The translations under genes and the position numbers were made by a program. 64,000 nucleotides of DNA from Chitinophaga pinensis (lineage in GTDB: Bacteria > Bacteroidota > Bacteroidia > NS11-12g > UBA955), in assembly GCA_945877575.1 (NCBI GenBank), contig CAMDUE010000009.1:7173-71172 (forward strand), read 5' to 3'. The notes beneath the pieces were generated by a model. That model ran no database searches. It saw only the letters and a program-made list of their open reading frames with translations, and was not told the origin of the DNA. Of this stretch, positions 48,014 to 56,659 are shown piece by piece. Every line of letters starts with the position of its first letter. Positions within the stretch are counted from its first letter, which is position 1.

Positions 48014-49691
48014 GCTCCGCTTCAATTTTATTAGCAATTTCATCGCATTCACGGTGATTTTTTGCAAGTAAATCTTCAGCTTGTTTTACAATGTTTTCAG
48101 CAAACGTGCGATCAGATAGTCCTTTGGCGTTAGTCAATACATTGAAAAAAGCACCTCTTACAGCGGTTTTGATGCAAATGACGCCAACAGCTACATCGCT
48201 CATGCTGTTGGGATTGCCAATTTCAGACATTTCTTTGAGTAACGGTAGACAGTTATAAGCGGCTTCCATGGTTCTAAATGGAATCATGGTGGCGTATTGA
48301 CTGGCTTTTTCTACGGCCTCTTTGCGCGCTGTTTTTTGTTCATCGGTGTCTTTTGGAAGTTGAAATGCGGCCATGATTCCGTCAAATGCACGAGTATCTT
48401 CATCAACAAGATGCAGCAGTTGGTCTTTGAGTTTTTGTCCTTTTTCTGCCCAGGGCGAGAAATCATTTACGCTATCTTCCCAACCTCTTTTGATGGCGCT
48501 TCCGTTTGCTACCATGGTTCCTAGTGCGGCACCGAGGGCACCAGAAAGCGCCGCTATACTTCCTCCGCCAGGAGCAACAGAATCGCTGGCCGTTTCATTA
48601 GTGAAGGCCTTTACGCTCATGGAAACAAGGCGTTCTTGGGCCAAATCTTTCAAGAGATATTCAATGATTCTGGTTTTGGGGTCAAATTGGCTCAATTCAT
48701 TTAATCCCATACTTTTGATGGCCATATCCACCAAGGTTTGCTCGTCAACACCGCTGCTCATGCCTTGTTTTTCTAGGAAATATTTGCCTGCATCGAGTAT
48801 GGGTTGCAAAGGTACAAGTCCAACCAATTCGCTGCCTGTTACTCTAACGCCGCGTTCGTCAGCTGATTTGCATGTTTCTTCAAAAACAACGTGAAGGGGA
48901 GTTTCTCTGAAATTGGTGAGATTGATGCTGATTTGAGCAATGCCGTACTCTTCAATATACCAACCAATGGCTTTGACGTATTTTAGCTTTCCGGGGATGC
49001 GGACATCCTCGCCGTTTTGGTCTTTGACGATTTTTCCAACGAAGGGATTTCCTTCTCGGAGGACTCTTCCAGCTTCGCGGATGTCAAAGGCTATTCGGTT
49101 GGCTATGCGAGTGCTTTTGCTGTTGAGGTTTACGTTGTATGCAATTAAAAAGTCTCTAGCGCCTATGACCGTTGCGCCTGCTTTGGCATTCATTTTTGAT
49201 GGACCAAAATCAGGTTTCCATTGCGGTTCTTGAATTTTATCGAAAAATCCTTCGTATTCACCTGAACGAATCACACTAAGGTTGGAACGTGTTTTATTGG
49301 TTTGAGCCTCTTCATATAAATATACCGGAATTTGAAGATTATTGCCGACTCTTTCAGCGAGTTTTTTGGCATATTCAGCGGTTTCTTCCATGCTGATGCC
49401 TGAAATGGGTATCAAAGGACAGACATCGGTGGCACCCATTCTAGGATGTTCGCCGCTGTGTTGCGACATATCAATAACTTGGGATGCGCATTCAATTCCA
49501 CGGTAAGCGGCTTCTATCACAGCATCGGGTTCACCAACGAAGGTAACTACCGTTCGGTTGGTGGCTTTTCCTGGATCTACGTTTAATAATTTTATCCCTT
49601 CAACTGATTCAATAGCATCAGTAATTTGCTTGATAATCTGAGGGTTTCTGCCTTCACTAAAATTAGGAACGCACTCAATATTTTTTTGCAT
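48006..49691 (-). CDS. ftcD: Bifunctional glutamate formimidoyltransferase / formimidoyltetrahydrofolate cyclodeaminase
   Basis: N-terminal MQKNIECVPNFSEGRN is the classic formiminotransferase start; a C-terminal cyclodeaminase domain follows. The real ATG is at 49691. Confidence 0.85.
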   Translation of the reverse strand: MQKNIECVPNFSEGRNPQIIKQITDAIESVEGIKLLNVDPGKATNRTVVTFVGEPDAVIEAAYRGIECASQVIDMSQHSGEHPRMGATDVCPLIPISGISMEETAEYAKKLAERVGNNLQIPVYLYEEAQTNKTRSNLSVIRSGEYEGFFDKIQEPQWKPDFGPSKMNAKAGATVIGARDFLIAYNVNLNSKSTRIANRIAFDIREAGRVLREGNPFVGKIVKDQNGEDVRIPGKLKYVKAIGWYIEEYGIAQISINLTNFRETPLHVVFEETCKSADERGVRVTGSELVGLVPLQPILDAGKYFLEKQGMSSGVDEQTLVDMAIKSMGLNELSQFDPKTRIIEYLLKDLAQERLVSMSVKAFTNETASDSVAPGGGSIAALSGALGAALGTMVANGSAIKRGWEDSVNDFSPWAEKGQKLKDQLLHLVDEDTRAFDGIMAAFQLPKDTDEQKTARKEAVEKASQYATMIPFRTMEAAYNCLPLLKEMSEIGNPNSMSDVAVGVICIKTAVRGAFFNVLTNAKGLSDRTFAENIVKQAEDLLAKNHRECDEIANKIEAELR

Positions 49692-49743
49692 AGCACAAAG
49701 GTAAATAATTCGTTTCAAATGGGTATCTTTGCGGCCCGTTTTT

Positions 49744-51123
49744 ATGACGTTAATCAAATCCATTTCAGGCATTCGCGGCACCATAGGTGGTGCACCTACA
49801 GACAACCTTACTCCAGTTGATATTGTGAAGTTTGCTTCGGCCTACGGCACATGGATATTGAGCAAGGGCGTTAATAAGACAATTGTTATTGGTAGAGATG
49901 CTCGAATCAGTGGTTCTATGGTTTCTGAGTTAATTATTCAAACACTCATTGGCCTAGGACTTGATGTTGTTGATTTGGGACTTTCTACAACACCAACAGT
50001 TGAAATGGCCGTTCCAGCAGAGAATGCTGCAGGCGGTATTATTGTCACCGCTTCTCACAATCCTAAGCAATGGAACGCATTGAAATTGTTGAATGAAGTA
50101 GGCGAGTTTATCAGCGCAGAAGAAGGGCAAAAGATTTTAGAAATTGCTGAAGCGGGTGAATTTCAATACGCTACCGTTGATCAATTAGGGAAACGAAGCA
50201 GCAAAGATTATTTAGATTATCATATTGAGCAGATTCTAGCATTAGATCTGGTGAAACCAGAGTTGATCAAGAAAGCCAATTATAAAATTGCAGTTGACCC
50301 TGTGAATAGCGTAGGTGGTATTGCCGTGCCGCGTTTATTGAACGCTTTAGGCGTTGATGATGTGGTTATAATCAATGGCGAGCCTACGGGTATTTTCGCT
50401 CACAATCCAGAGCCTTTGGCAGAACATTTAGGAGAAATTTCTTCTACTGTTAAAAGTGAAAAATGCCATTTAGGCATTGTAGTAGATCCAGATGTAGACC
50501 GTTTGGCATTTGTTTGTGACGACGGAGAAATGTTTGGCGAGGAATATACCTTGGTAGCAGTTGCTGATTTTGTACTCACTCACAATCCCGGTGCAACCGT
50601 AAGTAATTTATCGAGCACACGTGCTCTGAGAGATATTACAGAAAAGGCAGGACAATCTTATTTTGCCAGTGCAGTGGGAGAAGTGAATGTGGTAGAGGTA
50701 ATGAAAGCAAATAATGCGGTGATTGGTGGCGAAGGCAACGGCGGAGTCATCGTTCCGGAGTTGCATTATGGAAGAGATGCTTTAGCTGGAATTGCCTTGT
50801 TTTTGACTCACCTTGCTGAGAAGGGTGTGAAAATCAGTAACTTGAGATCTACATATCCAACATATCAAATGTCAAAAAACAAAGCAGAGTTAACTGCAGG
50901 TACTGACGTTGATATGATTTTGGAGAAAATTTCCGAAAAATATAAAAAGCAGCCGCAAAATACCATTGACGGTGTTAAGATTGAATTTGATGGTGATTGG
51001 GTGCATTTGAGAAAAAGCAATACCGAACCCATCATCCGAATCTATGCCGAAAGCGCAAGCATTACCACTGCTGAGAATTTAACTAAAAAAATCCTCCAAG
51101 ACATTGGAGAAATAATTGAATAA
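49744..51123 (+). CDS. glmM: Phosphoglucosamine mutase (phosphohexomutase family)
   Basis: SGIRGT…, active-site GIIVTASHNP and metal-binding VVDPDVDR. The ORF-track start at 49729 is TTG; ATG at 49744 is preferred. Confidence 0.75.
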   Translation: MTLIKSISGIRGTIGGAPTDNLTPVDIVKFASAYGTWILSKGVNKTIVIGRDARISGSMVSELIIQTLIGLGLDVVDLGLSTTPTVEMAVPAENAAGGIIVTASHNPKQWNALKLLNEVGEFISAEEGQKILEIAEAGEFQYATVDQLGKRSSKDYLDYHIEQILALDLVKPELIKKANYKIAVDPVNSVGGIAVPRLLNALGVDDVVIINGEPTGIFAHNPEPLAEHLGEISSTVKSEKCHLGIVVDPDVDRLAFVCDDGEMFGEEYTLVAVADFVLTHNPGATVSNLSSTRALRDITEKAGQSYFASAVGEVNVVEVMKANNAVIGGEGNGGVIVPELHYGRDALAGIALFLTHLAEKGVKISNLRSTYPTYQMSKNKAELTAGTDVDMILEKISEKYKKQPQNTIDGVKIEFDGDWVHLRKSNTEPIIRIYAESASITTAENLTKKILQDIGEIIE

Positions 51124-51125
51124 CT

Positions 51126-52226
51126 ATGTCTTTACAATGCGGAATTGTTGGTTTACCCAACGTAGGGAAATCTACTCTTTTCAATGCAGTTTCTAGCGCC
51201 AAAGCGCAATCTGCAAACTTTCCTTTTTGTACCATCGAGCCCAACGTAGGTACCATCACCGTTCCTGATGTCCGCATCAACATGTTATCATCGTTGGTGA
51301 ATCCACAAAATATAGTTCCTACAACCATTGAGATTGTGGATATTGCTGGATTGGTAAAAGGCGCATCAAAAGGCGATGGCTTGGGTAATCAGTTTTTGGG
51401 TAATATCAGAAATACGCATGCCATTCTGCACGTACTTCGTTGTTTTGACGATGATAACATCATTCACGTAGACGGAAGTGTAGATCCCATTAGAGACAAA
51501 GAGATCATTGATACGGAATTGCAATTGAAAGATTTAGAAACTCTAGAAAATAGAATTTCAAAAATTGCCAAGCAAGCCAGAACTGGTGGCGATAAAGAAG
51601 CGGCGCGCTTATTGGAAGTTTGCGAAGCTTTCCGCGACCATCTTTTAAAAGGACAAAATGCTCGAACTCTAGAAATGGATGCCGAGAAACGTGTTGCAAT
51701 AAAAGAACTAAATTTATTGACCGACAAGCCAGTGATGTACGTTTGTAACGTTGATCCTAGCAGTGCGAAGTCAGGAAATGCATACGTTGAAAGAGTGCGC
51801 GATGCAGTTAAAAATGAGCAAGCCGAAATCTTGATCATTTCTGCAGCCATTGAAGCGGAAATCGCAGAACTTGAGAGTTTCGATGACCGACAAATGTTCC
51901 TACAAGAATTGGGTCTAGACCGCAGTGGGGTTGAAAACCTCATTCACGGAGCGTACAAATTATTGAATTATATCACCTATTTCACGGTGGGCGTAAAAGA
52001 AGTAAGAGCTTGGACCATCACCAAGGGTATGAAAGCCCCCCAAGCTGCTGGTGTCATCCATACAGACTTCGAAAAAGGTTTCATCAGAGCCGAAGTCATT
52101 GCCTATGACGACTATGTTCATTACAAGACAGAATCAGCGGCTCGTGACTCCGGTAAACTTCGTGTTGAAGGAAAAGAATACGTAGTCAGCGACGGAGACT
52201 GCATGCATTTTAGATTTAATGTTTAG
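51126..52226 (+). CDS. ychF: Ribosome-binding ATPase YchF
   Basis: GIVGLPNVGKSTLFNA G1 motif and a C-terminal TGS domain (…GKEYVVSDGDCMHFRFN). Confidence 0.9.
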   Translation: MSLQCGIVGLPNVGKSTLFNAVSSAKAQSANFPFCTIEPNVGTITVPDVRINMLSSLVNPQNIVPTTIEIVDIAGLVKGASKGDGLGNQFLGNIRNTHAILHVLRCFDDDNIIHVDGSVDPIRDKEIIDTELQLKDLETLENRISKIAKQARTGGDKEAARLLEVCEAFRDHLLKGQNARTLEMDAEKRVAIKELNLLTDKPVMYVCNVDPSSAKSGNAYVERVRDAVKNEQAEILIISAAIEAEIAELESFDDRQMFLQELGLDRSGVENLIHGAYKLLNYITYFTVGVKEVRAWTITKGMKAPQAAGVIHTDFEKGFIRAEVIAYDDYVHYKTESAARDSGKLRVEGKEYVVSDGDCMHFRFNV

Positions 52227-52433
52227 TACCAGGTGCCTGGTACTTGGAAGCTGGTAGGGGGTAGGGGGTAGGGGGTAGGGGGTGACCACAGACTACGGAC
52301 TATGGACTATGGACCACGGACCACGGACCACGGACCACGGACTATGGACTATGGACCACAGACCACAGACCACAGACCACAGACCACAGACTACAGACCA
52401 CGGACTACAGACCATGGACCACAGACCAATATC
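52227..52433. repeat. Heptamer tandem array (locus C) filling the gap between the convergent ychF and E1 stops: GGTAC leader, (GGTAGGG)x4 at 52253-52280, then about 21 consecutive heptamers A[CT][AG]GAC[CT] (GGACCAC / GGACTAT / AGACCAC variants)
   Basis: Counted directly. The strict 7-bp register holds over about 180 bp. GGGGG-TA-GGGGG x4 is a canonical G4 motif. Confidence 0.9.
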
Positions 52434-54437
52434 CTAATACCCTAACAATTCCTCCAAACTAGATTCTAATCGGTTCCATGGGAGGAATTGGTCTTCTAAG
52501 GATTTGGATAGTGGAATGGGAGTGTCTAAACTTCCGAGGCGCTTTACAGGGGCGTCTAGATGTTGGAAAGCGTTTTCAGTTATGTATGCCGATATGTCCG
52601 AAGCTATGCTTCCGGTGAGAGTGTCTTCTGTGAGAACCAAGGCCTTATTGCAGCGTTTAACTTGTTCAATAACCGTGTCTTTGTCCCAAGGAAGGAGCGT
52701 CCGCAAGTCTATGACTGTGACGCTGAGATTTTTCCTCTTGATTAGATCTAGGCTTTGGAGAACGCCCCAGCCGTAAGTGATGATGCAACAATCACTGCCA
52801 AAGTCGTGCACGGTTGCTTGGCCCTCGGGGAGGGTGTAATAGGCCGTTGGAACCTCGGCTTCTGTGTTCCGGTAGAGAAATTTATGTTCGAAAAATAGCA
52901 CCGGATTTGGGTCTTCGATGGCGCGCAATAAAAGCCCTTTTGCATCAAAAGGATTTGATGGGTAGTAAATTTTAAGTCCCGGCACATGGTAAAACCAGGC
53001 TTCTGTACTTTGGCTGTGAAACGGGCCGGCTTGAACGCCAGCGCCAGTGGGCATTCGAACCACTACCGATGCGGGTTGCTTCCAGCGGTAATGACTTTTT
53101 GCCATATTGTTGACTATCTGGTTGAAACCGCAAGTCACGAAATCGGCAAATTGCATCTCAACCACTGATTTTGTCCCTTTTATTGAAAGTCCATATGCCG
53201 CACCTAAAATGCTACTTTCGGTGATGGGAGTATTCCGAACGCGGTGTCTACCGTGTCTTTCACTCAGTCCTTCGGTCGCTTTAAATGCCCCGCCGTATTC
53301 AGCAATATCTTGGCCCATAATCACCAAATCTGGGTGTTTTTCAAGAGCCAGGTCAAGGGCGTTTTTTACCGCATCAATTAGTCTCAGGGTTGTTTTTTCG
53401 GGGGATGACCCTTCGGGGGATACGCCTTCGGCGGATATTGATTCTGATTCTGATGCAAACGGTGCGTATAAATCAGTGAGCTCTCGGTCTAAATCTGGAA
53501 TGATTTCAGGTTCATTGAATACTTTTTCAATGGCTAAGTTTAGGATGTCGAGTCGTTCTTTTCTGATTTTTTCAATTCCTTCGTGATCTAAAAGTCCTTC
53601 GCCAAAAAGAAAATCTTCATAATTCTTAATGGGGTCTTTTTCAGCCCACATTTCAATGAGTTCTTTGGGGACATATTTGATGCCAGAGGCTTCTTCGTGT
53701 CCGCGCATGCGGAAGGTCATGGCCTCGAGAATGACAGGGCGAGGCCTAATTCTGATGCTTTCTGCGAGATTTTTGACGGTGTTATAGACTTCTAAAATGT
53801 TGTTTCCATCCATTTTTACGGCTTCCATTCCGTAGCCAATGCCTTTGTCAATGAATTGCTTGCATCGAAATTGTTCATTGCTTGGTGTAGACAATCCATA
53901 TCCGTTGTTTTCGATGAGGAAAATTACGGGTAGATCCCACACCGCAGCTACGTTTAACGCTTCGTGGAAATCACCTTCACTAGCACCGCCATCGCCGCTA
54001 AATACTACAGTTACTGTATTTTTTTGATTGAGTTGATCTGCTAAGGCAATGCCATTGGCCACTCCTAACATGGCTCCTAGATGACTGATCATTCCAACAA
54101 TGTGGAATTCATTGGTTCCGAAGTGAAAACTTCTATCTCTGCCTTGGGTAAACCCAGATGCTTTCCCTTGCCATTGAGCAAAGAGGCGTTCATCGGGGAT
54201 GTTACGGGATGTGAATACGCCCAAATTTCGGTGCAAGGGTAATATGTATTCATCTGAATTTAATGCCAATGTGGTTCCCACAGAAATGGCTTCTTGTCCT
54301 ATGCCAGAAAACCATTTACCTATTTTACCCTGTCTGAGTAGTATGAGCATCCGTTCTTCAATGATGCGGGGCGTCAATAGAGATTTATAAAGGTCTATTA
54401 GTTGTTGATCACTGAGGTTTCTGCGATTGAATTGCAT
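52434..54437 (-). CDS. TPP-dependent 2-oxoacid dehydrogenase E1 component, fused alpha and beta subunits
   Basis: The N-terminal half is E1-alpha (TPP-binding GDGG…EG…NN: VVFSGDGGASEGDFHEALNVAAVWDLPVIFLIENNGYG). The C-terminal half is E1-beta/transketolase-like, joined by a Ser/Glu-rich linker. Confidence 0.8.
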   Translation of the reverse strand: MQFNRRNLSDQQLIDLYKSLLTPRIIEERMLILLRQGKIGKWFSGIGQEAISVGTTLALNSDEYILPLHRNLGVFTSRNIPDERLFAQWQGKASGFTQGRDRSFHFGTNEFHIVGMISHLGAMLGVANGIALADQLNQKNTVTVVFSGDGGASEGDFHEALNVAAVWDLPVIFLIENNGYGLSTPSNEQFRCKQFIDKGIGYGMEAVKMDGNNILEVYNTVKNLAESIRIRPRPVILEAMTFRMRGHEEASGIKYVPKELIEMWAEKDPIKNYEDFLFGEGLLDHEGIEKIRKERLDILNLAIEKVFNEPEIIPDLDRELTDLYAPFASESESISAEGVSPEGSSPEKTTLRLIDAVKNALDLALEKHPDLVIMGQDIAEYGGAFKATEGLSERHGRHRVRNTPITESSILGAAYGLSIKGTKSVVEMQFADFVTCGFNQIVNNMAKSHYRWKQPASVVVRMPTGAGVQAGPFHSQSTEAWFYHVPGLKIYYPSNPFDAKGLLLRAIEDPNPVLFFEHKFLYRNTEAEVPTAYYTLPEGQATVHDFGSDCCIITYGWGVLQSLDLIKRKNLSVTVIDLRTLLPWDKDTVIEQVKRCNKALVLTEDTLTGSIASDISAYITENAFQHLDAPVKRLGSLDTPIPLSKSLEDQFLPWNRLESSLEELLGY

Positions 54438-54470
54438 GGGAGTAAGATTTTGAATGAATATAAATTGCGA

Positions 54471-54725
54471 TTAAAACACGAAATTTAACGATGTGTTATA
54501 CAGCGTCGTATTTTGTTTATGGAGTTTAAACTCTGGTCGTTTTACCAATTCAATGGCTTTCTGAAGCGAAGAGTTGTATTTTAAACAATACAGTCTGATT
54601 TCCTTGGTAGCTGCATAAGGGTTGTTATTGTAATATTGGGCATGAGATTTAGGATAGAAATAAAAGCATCCTAAAATAGTCAAGATGCAGAATTTCAATG
54701 AAATAGACAAAGTGTTATTGCTCAT
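54471..54725 (-). CDS. Hypothetical small secreted protein (84 aa); weak call
   Basis: ORF with a signal-peptide-like N-terminus in the 350-bp divergent gap between the E1 and sigma genes. No family support. Confidence 0.25.
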   Translation of the reverse strand: MSNNTLSISLKFCILTILGCFYFYPKSHAQYYNNNPYAATKEIRLYCLKYNSSLQKAIELVKRPEFKLHKQNTTLYNTSLNFVF

Positions 54726-54789
54726 TGCAACAAATTTTACAAAATTTCTGCAACCTTTTTCCTATTGTGCGTCATAAATCTGAAACTAC

Positions 54790-55326
54790 TTGTTAACACA
54801 TGAGCAAATCATAAAGGGCTGTATCAAGAATGATCGAAAAGTACAAAAAGAACTTTTTGAGCGTTTCAGTCCTAAAATGTATGGTTACTGCCTCCGTTAC
54901 TCGGTAAATGCAGCAGATGCTCAAGATGTTTTACAAGAAGGTTTCATTAAGGTCTTTGAAAAAATTAATTCCCTAAAAAACCCAGATCAACTGGAAGGGT
55001 GGATGTCTAGAATCTTTATCAACTTGGCAATCAGTAGGTTTCGAAAAAATAAAATCGCACCTAATATGATCAGCACAGATGAAATTGATGTAGCAGACGA
55101 AGCCCCCTCAGAAGAAATGAACGAGCTCACACCTTCAGAAGTGCTTAGTAAAATGCAAGAACTTCCAGAGTTGTACCGAACGGTTTTGAATTTGTATGCA
55201 ATTGATGGTCATTCACACCGAGAAATATCTCAAATGTTAGACATCACTGAAACCAATTCAAAAAGCATTCTCAGTAGATCCCGGAAAATGTTAAGAGAAT
55301 TAATTTCAAAAAGTCCCAACAAATAA
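54790..55326 (+). CDS. RNA polymerase sigma-70 factor, ECF subfamily
   Basis: Region 2 (DAQDVLQEGFIKVFE) and region 4 (LPELYRTVLNLYAIDGHSHREISQMLDITETNSKSILSRSRKMLRE). Confidence 0.9.
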   Translation: MLTHEQIIKGCIKNDRKVQKELFERFSPKMYGYCLRYSVNAADAQDVLQEGFIKVFEKINSLKNPDQLEGWMSRIFINLAISRFRKNKIAPNMISTDEIDVADEAPSEEMNELTPSEVLSKMQELPELYRTVLNLYAIDGHSHREISQMLDITETNSKSILSRSRKMLRELISKSPNK

Positions 55327-55333
55327 GTACAAG

Positions 55334-56611
55334 ATTCTGGAAAACAAGGTTTTAAATATCGACCAACAACTAGCAGAAAAGTTCAATCACTTTACTGCCG
55401 AAGTTCCTGCGTTCTCCTGGGATGCGGTAGCGTCGAATTTAGATCGTAAAGATTCCAGACGAAAAGCGATAGTTTGGTCATCGGTGGCTTCAGTTGTTCT
55501 CATGGCGGTATCGGGGATGTTGTTTTTTAACATTCCTGCTACCGAGATGAATGAGTCTCAACAAAAGTTTGTAATTACACCAAGTACACGTCCCCAAGAA
55601 ACCCAAAAAGCACAAGCAGAGAGCAGCAATGCTGTTCGAACAGATCGTCATAGCCAAGAAGTTTTGCAGTTGTCACGCACAAACTCCTTAGAAGGAAAAA
55701 TTTCAAAAACTCCTGAAGTCATGCAACCATCCATTGCATTAACTTCAGGAGTTGTTTTGGAAGAGGCATTGGCTCAGAAGTCTTTAATGACAAATGATTT
55801 TAATTTGAATAGCAAGAAATTGACTTCGTTTGAATTAGGTTCATGGATATTGAAATTCACTGATTTTACAGCTCCGACTAAGAATATACGCAAGCAAAAA
55901 GTTTCACCTTGGGCTTTTGAAGTTGGATATGATCAAAATCAAACGCAATTCAATTACCAAGTATCATCTACTCAACAGAAATACGTACACAAGAATTATT
56001 TAAACAGAATGCGCGAAGGGGAATTTTCTCTTTCTGCGCCCCAATTTCATACGGCACTCAGATACGATTTAAATGACCGTTGGCATGCTTCTATTGGATT
56101 GGGATTTGCTCAAACCAAAACTTCTCAGAATTTTAATTTTAGGGATAGTGTTCCGGTCAGTGTTGGACAAGGACAAGAGGCTGATGCTTTTGGAAATTAT
56201 CCGATCTTTGGATATGCAGGTTTGGGACAACAAGTTAATTATGACGGTGTACAAACCATCAATATGGTTTCAATCCCCATGAACATTGGGTACAACTACC
56301 CAGTAAATAGGTTATGGTCTATCACTGCAGAGGGTTCTGCTAGGTATAATTTAATATCTGGAAGTATTGGTAAAACGTTGAATTATCACACTCTAGAGTT
56401 GATGAACGCTGATCAACAGGTTTATAGAAATAGTATTGTTACCGCTAGGGTAGCAGCAGGTGTTGAGCGAAGACTTGGTCTGAAGAAATGGTTTGGCGTT
56501 CGTTTGAATACTCAAGGTAGCATCACTCCGCTGTTCAAACAGGATGCGGCGGTTCAAAATCGCGGTTGGTCTGTTGGATTGTCAGCTTACTATTATTGGA
56601 AATTATTTTAA
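55334..56611 (+). CDS. Anti-sigma factor-like membrane protein with a C-terminal outer-membrane-beta-barrel-like domain; start uncertain
   Basis: Region 55328-55483 is in frame with the GTG-initiated ORF (55484..56611). It encodes a typical Bacteroidetes anti-sigma N-terminus (…LNIDQQLAEKFNHFTAEVPAFSWDAVASNLDRKDSRRKAIVWSS) followed by a TM helix (VASVVLMAVSGMLFF). No ATG, GTG or TTG exists between the upstream in-frame stop (55301-55303) and 55484, so I placed the start at ATT 55334 as a guess. The C-terminus is a beta-barrel-like domain ending YYWKLF. Confidence 0.55.
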   Translation: MLENKVLNIDQQLAEKFNHFTAEVPAFSWDAVASNLDRKDSRRKAIVWSSVASVVLMAVSGMLFFNIPATEMNESQQKFVITPSTRPQETQKAQAESSNAVRTDRHSQEVLQLSRTNSLEGKISKTPEVMQPSIALTSGVVLEEALAQKSLMTNDFNLNSKKLTSFELGSWILKFTDFTAPTKNIRKQKVSPWAFEVGYDQNQTQFNYQVSSTQQKYVHKNYLNRMREGEFSLSAPQFHTALRYDLNDRWHASIGLGFAQTKTSQNFNFRDSVPVSVGQGQEADAFGNYPIFGYAGLGQQVNYDGVQTINMVSIPMNIGYNYPVNRLWSITAEGSARYNLISGSIGKTLNYHTLELMNADQQVYRNSIVTARVAAGVERRLGLKKWFGVRLNTQGSITPLFKQDAAVQNRGWSVGLSAYYYWKLF

Positions 56612-56659
56612 GGCAAAACGGTGACTACATTTTCAAACATATCGCTTAACTTGCAGGGA

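Noticed and set aside
46979-48067. The full 362-aa ORF-track version of the T9SS protein, with an N-terminus MQKITVNAMKLLIKLKRSLDRGTWYRVAGRGYRLPPSTLYLVP…
   Set aside because: The first 48 codons are a translation of heptamer-repeat locus B (GTACC/GGTAG units give …YRVAGRGYRLPP…). The signal peptide starts only afterwards.
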